Of a DNA stretch of 59,518 nt, positions 54,895 to 59,518 are shown piece by piece. Below the pieces are notes generated by a model. That model had not been told where the DNA came from. It worked only from the letters and a program-made list of their open reading frames with translations, and did not search any database. The stretch's first letter is position 1; each line of letters begins with the position of its first letter. The stretch is from a virus (taxonomy: Duplodnaviria; Caudoviricetes), in the IMG/VR virus record IMGVR_UViG_3300033076_000460, positions 1 through 59,518 of that record. The stretch is one strand, 5' to 3'. A program made the position numbers and the translations under genes.

Positions 54895-55148
54895 TCTTCA
54901 ACCCTTTCGTAGGTCATTTCAAAAATGTCGGGCTTGCAGGGATAGTGCTCACCCTTCACGCCAGTGATGATCCAATCTCCGGGTGTAACCATGTGTCCAC
55001 CTTCAAGGGTGTTAACCCACCCGCTATCTGACTCGGTCCATTTATCAGACACGCCATCCCCAACCATTACTTTCTTCACCGCAGGATGGTCGCCGTGCTT
55101 GAACCACTGCGTGGCCTCAATGACCACGGGCTTCTTTCTGAACTTCAT
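54891..55148 (-). CDS. conserved small phage protein (KKPVVIEA/PGDW family)
   Basis: MKFRKKPVVIEATQW...TLEG..VTPGDWIITGVKGEHYPCKPDIF. Confidence 0.85.
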   Translation of the reverse strand: MKFRKKPVVIEATQWFKHGDHPAVKKVMVGDGVSDKWTESDSGWVNTLEGGHMVTPGDWIITGVKGEHYPCKPDIFEMTYERVEE

Positions 55149-55339
55149 TCTTCAACTCCAAAATGTTTTTTGATCAGGTCATCGGCTTTGTATGGCTCGG
55201 CGATGTCGGCAATCTCAGCGCACTGTCTGGCTACCTCCTTGACCAGAAGCTCAAGGTGCGGCGTTGATACCGTCCATGTTGTGTAGTTGCTGTTTTGGGC
55301 AATGATCTGCCTGAGTGCTGTTGCCATGTCGAATTTCAT
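55145..55339 (-). CDS. hypothetical protein
   Basis: ATGA-coupled; IKKHFGVEE. Confidence 0.65.
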   Translation of the reverse strand: MKFDMATALRQIIAQNSNYTTWTVSTPHLELLVKEVARQCAEIADIAEPYKADDLIKKHFGVEE

Positions 55340-55581
55340 GTGTTCTTCTCCTTAAGTCGTTCTTCAAAGGCGGCATACAGATCCTGCATGTAGACAACTT
55401 TCCCCGTGAGAACCTTAGCCTTGATTGCGTCGCGCTCCTCGTCAGTCAGGCCCACCCAGTTATCACGCGGGTTCAGGCGTCTTACTTCGGCTTCATGCGG
55501 CGCAAGGCTGTTAGCGATATACGGACCCGCCTTGCGTGAAATTTCATTGCGCCTTTTGTTGGTCAAAAATACCCATGTCAT
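55336..55581 (-). CDS. hypothetical protein
   Basis: WVGLTDEE...LKEKNT. Confidence 0.65.
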   Translation of the reverse strand: MTWVFLTNKRRNEISRKAGPYIANSLAPHEAEVRRLNPRDNWVGLTDEERDAIKAKVLTGKVVYMQDLYAAFEERLKEKNT

Positions 55582-55823
55582 GTGTTCTTCTCCTTAAACC
55601 CAACAACAGCAAGTACAGATAACTCTTTGAAATCATCTGCATCCATCGTGATTGATACGCTGTGGTCTTTGCCAATACCAATCGTGCTGGTCATCCAGCC
55701 TTCGCCACAATACTCTGTCTTCTTGGCTGCTCGCTGAAATCCGTTTCGGCGCACCAACTCAAACAGCAACTGCTCATCTGAAAAAGTCTCAATACTTCTT
55801 TCCCATTTGGTGTCTTTGCTCAT
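55578..55823 (-). CDS. hypothetical protein
   Basis: ATGA-coupled; ends FKEKNT. Confidence 0.65.
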   Translation of the reverse strand: MSKDTKWERSIETFSDEQLLFELVRRNGFQRAAKKTEYCGEGWMTSTIGIGKDHSVSITMDADDFKELSVLAVVGFKEKNT

Positions 55824-56143
55824 TTGTTGCTCCTTGCTCTGATAAATTCAGCCCTGTTTCTCACCCATGCAATTGCGGTGCTCGGCTCCATGTCGGCAAT
55901 CATTTGTTCTGCCATCTCATCAAGCACCTTCGCACACGCCTCACGCTCTGCCCTGACTGCCGCCTCGCGGGACTCGTGCAGTTCACGCATCACCTCAATG
56001 ACAGCTATCTCATGCTTGAGCATGATGGCTTTAATCATCTCAATGGGCGTCTCAATCATTGCCAGTGCCGCCGCTTTGTTTTGGTCGGTTTCGTTCTGCG
56101 CTTTGATGATCGCCTCTTGATGTAACTTACTCAGTGGTTTCAT
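55820..56143 (-). CDS. hypothetical protein
   Basis: AEREACAKV...IRARS. Confidence 0.65.
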   Translation of the reverse strand: MKPLSKLHQEAIIKAQNETDQNKAAALAMIETPIEMIKAIMLKHEIAVIEVMRELHESREAAVRAEREACAKVLDEMAEQMIADMEPSTAIAWVRNRAEFIRARSNK

Positions 56144-56624
56144 GTTTTCTTCTCCTGTTCATCCAGCACTTCCTTCAGCTTGGGGTAGTACCGCCCAACA
56201 CTAATCAGCGTAGACTGTGTCGTCCTCGGGTCGAACCCATACTCAAGGTGTTGTTTCAGATTTGCGTGAGCTATACCAAGCAGTCCGTAGAGCGTGGCGT
56301 TCTCATTTTTGAGTTCTTCGATCTCCAGATTCCTGCGCCGCGTCACCTCTTGGGCAAACCTCCTGAGCATGGAGTTGGTGGCCTCATGCTCCACGTTCCA
56401 GCCAAGCAGTCGAGCAATCTCAATCACCTCGTCCCGCCTCATTGCCTCTTCCTGCCTGTCGGCAATCTGCCTCTTGCGCCAACCGCTTTGACGGCGGGCG
56501 GCTTCAAATGCTTCGTCTTCTTCGTTCATTTTCTCCCCCTTGCTCGGATTGCTTTGGCAAATATATGGTCATGCCCATAGTATTCATATTGTTCTTCGCA
56601 CACCTTCGCACACGCCTCACGCTC
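55925..56624. repeat. 24-bp perfect direct repeat pair
   Basis: CACCTTCGCACACGCCTCACGCTC at 55925-55948 and 56601-56624 (encodes EREACAKV). Confidence 0.9.
56140..56529 (-). CDS. hypothetical protein
   Basis: ATGA-coupled; ends QEKKT. Confidence 0.6.
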   Translation of the reverse strand: MNEEDEAFEAARRQSGWRKRQIADRQEEAMRRDEVIEIARLLGWNVEHEATNSMLRRFAQEVTRRRNLEIEELKNENATLYGLLGIAHANLKQHLEYGFDPRTTQSTLISVGRYYPKLKEVLDEQEKKT

Positions 56625-56750
56625 GTCAGCGCGGACAAGCGCTGCAAAGCGTTCAATGAAAACCTCATACATTGAGTGTTGGTAAACGATGTTGCTTTTT
56701 TCTGGCAACAACCCAGCCTCCCTCGCCATGCGCATGGTGTCTTCATTCAT
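56526..56750 (-). CDS. hypothetical protein
   Basis: MAREAG...ERFAALV..DEREACAKVCE...AIRARG. Confidence 0.7.
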   Translation of the reverse strand: MNEDTMRMAREAGLLPEKSNIVYQHSMYEVFIERFAALVRADEREACAKVCEEQYEYYGHDHIFAKAIRARGRK

Positions 56751-56850
56751 CTTTATTCATCTCCGAAAAGATTGTGAGCAACAACACCATGCCGCCGACC
56801 CCAAGACCTGCGCCAAGGATCAGCAACAGCCCCATGAAAAGTCCTTCCAT
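56743..56850 (-). CDS. 35-aa membrane peptide
   Basis: MEGLFMGLLLILGAGLGVGGMVLLLTIFSEMNKDE; GGAG RBS. Confidence 0.5.
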   Translation of the reverse strand: MEGLFMGLLLILGAGLGVGGMVLLLTIFSEMNKDE

Positions 56851-56853
56851 GAT

Positions 56854-57033
56854 TCAGCTCCCCAAAAGATAAAAGAGTACAAACACCCAGCCAGCGTAGC
56901 CCGCGACGCGCAACGCTGTGTCAACCCATCCTTGGTCATGCGACGGTGGGTAGAACCACGCCCCATCGCACCCGAATGCTTCATTCATGGTGCGGGGGAA
57001 CCGGCGTGTGGTCGGATTCAAATCCTCAAGCAT
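56854..57033 (-). CDS. small membrane protein
   Basis: TRRFPRTMNEAFG followed by a C-terminal hydrophobic helix. Confidence 0.6.
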   Translation of the reverse strand: MLEDLNPTTRRFPRTMNEAFGCDGAWFYPPSHDQGWVDTALRVAGYAGWVFVLFYLLGS

Positions 57034-57268
57034 TGGTTTTCTCAATGGCTCGATTGAGATACCACTGGGCCTTGCGCAGGTTTTCCAGTCGTTCACCTTT
57101 GTGGTTTGCTCGGGAGATGTACTTGACGACGTTGCCAAGGTGATAGTCCAGTTGCTTTGCTTCGATGAAATCAATGGTTTCAATTCCGCCTACCTTGTAA
57201 TGTGATGGGTGGTTGACGACATCTTCTTTCTGAATCTTGCGGGGCGTACTTTTTGTTTTACGCATCAT
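57026..57268 (-). CDS. DUF3310 (SaV-like) protein
   Basis: VNHPSHY..GGIETIDFI...GNVVKYISRA.HK...LRKAQWYL. Confidence 0.88.
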   Translation of the reverse strand: MMRKTKSTPRKIQKEDVVNHPSHYKVGGIETIDFIEAKQLDYHLGNVVKYISRANHKGERLENLRKAQWYLNRAIEKTNA

Positions 57269-57933
57269 CTTTCTCCTTTGTTGTGAGCACATGAAGTCAC
57301 GGGGCAGTAACCCCGGCAGGTGAAGTTGGGCTTGGCGTTCCACACCCCGCTGTTCACGGAGTCTTCCAAGAGCCCAACGTCGGATACCCATGGACCCCAC
57401 AACTCATCTTGCTGGTCCACGACGTATTCGTCTTTTACAAAGTCCTCGGCGAAAAAGAACAACAAGCCCGCCTTGACTTTCTTGATATGGGGGTAGTGCT
57501 TGAACAGAGCCAGCGCCAGAATCTCCAACTGCTTGAGGTCTGCGTACTGGCTTTTCTTGCCCGTCTTGTAATCGACAGTGAAAGCTTTGTCGTCTTGCAA
57601 GATGATGATGTCGGCGATGCCGCGCCACCACACCCGCTTGTCAAAGAACCCGCATGGCTTGAGGTCTTCCGTCAACCCCAGTTTGTTCTCGCAGAGTTTG
57701 TCGCCGGGCATGGCCTTGAGCCTGTCCAGCGGAGCTTGCATCGCCTTCACGTACTCATCGGGGATAGGTGCGTCTTCCTCAACGTACTTCTGGGCAATCT
57801 TGTGGATCTTGTTCCCAAACGCGATCGCGTCGCTCGGAGCCTCCACAACGTCCTTCGCCACCTTGAGGTGGTAGTACTTCTTCGGGCACTGTTGGTACAG
57901 ACTCAGGGTGCTATACGACCAAGTGATGCTCAT
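57265..57933 (-). CDS. PD-(D/E)XK exonuclease (Cas4/RecB-like)
   Basis: SYSTL...CPKKY, GIADI, VDYKTGK, C-terminal CRGYCPVTSC. Confidence 0.88.
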   Translation of the reverse strand: MSITWSYSTLSLYQQCPKKYYHLKVAKDVVEAPSDAIAFGNKIHKIAQKYVEEDAPIPDEYVKAMQAPLDRLKAMPGDKLCENKLGLTEDLKPCGFFDKRVWWRGIADIIILQDDKAFTVDYKTGKKSQYADLKQLEILALALFKHYPHIKKVKAGLLFFFAEDFVKDEYVVDQQDELWGPWVSDVGLLEDSVNSGVWNAKPNFTCRGYCPVTSCAHNKGER

Positions 57934-59518
57934 TAACAATCTCCATAGGTTGTGGCCATTCCAGATTCACAACTGAGCGGGAGGCCGACAGCCCAATCAG
58001 GTGCTTTGCTCATACAGGATTCGATGTAGGCCCGTGCGTCTTCCGCTACAGCTTCAGGCACAACACAGGCTATGGCGTCGTGGACGGTCAGCACCACGCG
58101 CAACTCCTTGGCGATTTCAAGCATTTGCTCGGCGATGATGCACCGCGCAACGGCTTGGCACAGGTTCTCCGCTACCTTGCCGCCGTAGATGCGACTGCGC
58201 CCGTAGCGTGTCATGTAAGAGAACCCGTCCGTCTCCTTGCGCAGATCGGGGTAGCTGATGTACAGGCCGTTGGGTAGCCGCACACCGGTAAACGGAGACA
58301 ACTCCAACACACCGGGGTTAGTGATGCGCTCAATGGGTTTGTTAGCCAGCATGTACTGCAACAGCGTGTTCAGGTTGTTCCACCACATCGAAATCATGCG
58401 GTTGTTGTTGCGGTACTGCTTGATGATGTACTTGCAGGTGTCGAGGTCTACCAGCTTGCCCATCATCTGAAGTTGCCGCTGGAACTTCACCGCGCCCATG
58501 CCGTAGCCCGCGCCAAGCACGGTGGTCTTGCCGATGAATCGTTCTTCGGGTGTGATGTCGCTTTCCTGCTTCCCGTAGATCAAGGACGCCATGAACTTGT
58601 AGACGTCCTCGCGGTTGGCGAACTTGTAGAGCAACATGTCTTCGCCCGCCAGCCACGCCAGCACCCGCGCTTCAATCTGCGCTGAGTCACAGTCAATGAT
58701 GACATGCCCCTTGGGTGCGACGATGCACCGCTTGAGCTTGTTGCCCTGCGTCCCACGGCTCGGCAGGTTCTGGAGGTTTACCGAATCTGAGCCACCCCAT
58801 CGCCCCGTGTGCGCGGCGTAGTACTTCAGTGGGATGGGCAACACATGGGTGGGCGTTCTGCCCGCGATGCCGATGAATCGCTCGGTGCGTGTTTCTTCCA
58901 GTGTGGATCGAGCGCCTAGCCGTGCGGCCACCAATGCTTGCACCCGCTCGTCATCATGCTCCTGCAAGGCTAGGAAGTCCTCGTCGCTCTTTGCAAACGC
59001 ATAGGTTGGTTGGCCTGTGGTGGAGCTGATCTTCATAGGGGGCGTGACCCCAAAAGACTCAAGCAGGGCGGCGAACTTCTTGTTGCTGTTCAGGACGTCG
59101 GGGGTGATGTTCGCTTCGGTGAACAGTTGTTGCTTCCTGTCCCGCACCTCTTGCAAGTGCGTCTCCAGTCGAGGCACATCCAACTCCAGCACCGGGTCGC
59201 TGAACATGCGGATCGTGAGATCGATGATCTTCTTCTCTTTGACGGGGAAGTTCGCGTTGAGTTCTTTGTACAGCCTATAGGTCAACTCCACATCGTTGCA
59301 ACAATACGCGCCGTATTGCGCCAGTTGTTCGGGGGAGAAATCGTCGCGATGGATACCCTTGGCGTCGTTGACTTCTCCACCTTTCTGGCCTAGCCCGAAG
59401 TGGTTGGAGAGAACTGCGAGGCTCATGCTGGTGGTGACCCCGAGGGTGGCACGGGCCATGCTCAGTGTGTCTAGCCACGCCTTGGGGCGGATGCCGAAGT
59501 GCCACGTCAAGATGGCCG
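57933..59518 (-). CDS. polA: DNA polymerase family A (N-terminus beyond the window)
   Basis: HTGRWGG, NLQNLP, motif A DSAQIEARV, motif B RFIGKTTVLGAGYG, motif C TVHDA; exonuclease DTL and YCCND. Confidence 0.95.
   Translation of the reverse strand, partial: AILTWHFGIRPKAWLDTLSMARATLGVTTSMSLAVLSNHFGLGQKGGEVNDAKGIHRDDFSPEQLAQYGAYCCNDVELTYRLYKELNANFPVKEKKIIDLTIRMFSDPVLELDVPRLETHLQEVRDRKQQLFTEANITPDVLNSNKKFAALLESFGVTPPMKISSTTGQPTYAFAKSDEDFLALQEHDDERVQALVAARLGARSTLEETRTERFIGIAGRTPTHVLPIPLKYYAAHTGRWGGSDSVNLQNLPSRGTQGNKLKRCIVAPKGHVIIDCDSAQIEARVLAWLAGEDMLLYKFANREDVYKFMASLIYGKQESDITPEERFIGKTTVLGAGYGMGAVKFQRQLQMMGKLVDLDTCKYIIKQYRNNNRMISMWWNNLNTLLQYMLANKPIERITNPGVLELSPFTGVRLPNGLYISYPDLRKETDGFSYMTRYGRSRIYGGKVAENLCQAVARCIIAEQMLEIAKELRVVLTVHDAIACVVPEAVAEDARAYIESCMSKAPDWAVGLPLSCESGMATTYGDC

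Larger units (their letters stand above)
54201..56155 (-). repeat. dispersed junction repeat GGAGAAGAAHACATGA x5
   Basis: Copies at 54201, 54407, 55336, 55578 and 56140; each supplies an RBS and a stop/start overlap. Confidence 0.85.

Noticed and set aside
57265-57933. Cas4-like nuclease as evidence of a CRISPR system
   Set aside because: Solo PD-(D/E)XK nucleases are routine next to phage PolA; no array or other cas genes.
1-59518. Alternative genetic code or tRNA genes
   Set aside because: Core genes are intact in the standard code, and I recognised no cloverleaf in intergenic regions by eye; tRNAscan would be needed to exclude one.

Overview
This window is most of the genome of a dsDNA tailed phage with podovirus-like architecture. 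The host is probably a betaproteobacterium (inference from GC-rich codon usage and gene content). Both ends fall inside leftward genes: a DUF2201-type metallopeptidase/VWA gene at position 1 and DNA polymerase A at 59518, so the window is probably a linearised, slightly incomplete genome. Layout: (1) leftward early genes at 1-5.5 kb (NinX-like, MoxR-like AAA ATPase, HNH-like) around an AT-rich, IHF-site-containing putative origin; (2) a repeat-rich putative packaging region and a strongly structured leader at 5.7-6.25 kb; (3) a rightward virion operon at 6.3-45.5 kb with TerS, TerL, portal, GroES-like chaperonin, scaffold, capsid, small Lys-rich proteins, adaptors, tail fibres/adhesin, holin and lysozyme, tail tube, ejection proteins and a 2378-aa polyvalent protein; (4) leftward replication and accessory genes at 45.5-59.5 kb (DUF927 primase/helicase, SSB-like, SNF2 helicase, HNH, an array of short ORFs, PD-(D/E)XK nuclease, PolA). 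I saw no integrase, tRNA or CRISPR array. Most notable observations: a repeated [MFY]-x-x-G-G peptide signal shared by seven probable internal virion proteins; a nested +1-frame gene with its own RBS inside the giant protein; a double-pseudoknot RNA ahead of TerS; five copies of a 29-30 bp palindrome, four of them ahead of early genes; a 16-nt junction repeat that delimits short-ORF cassettes; and a minimal malonyl-CoA-decarboxylase-like protein. All family assignments come from motif recognition by eye, not database searches.
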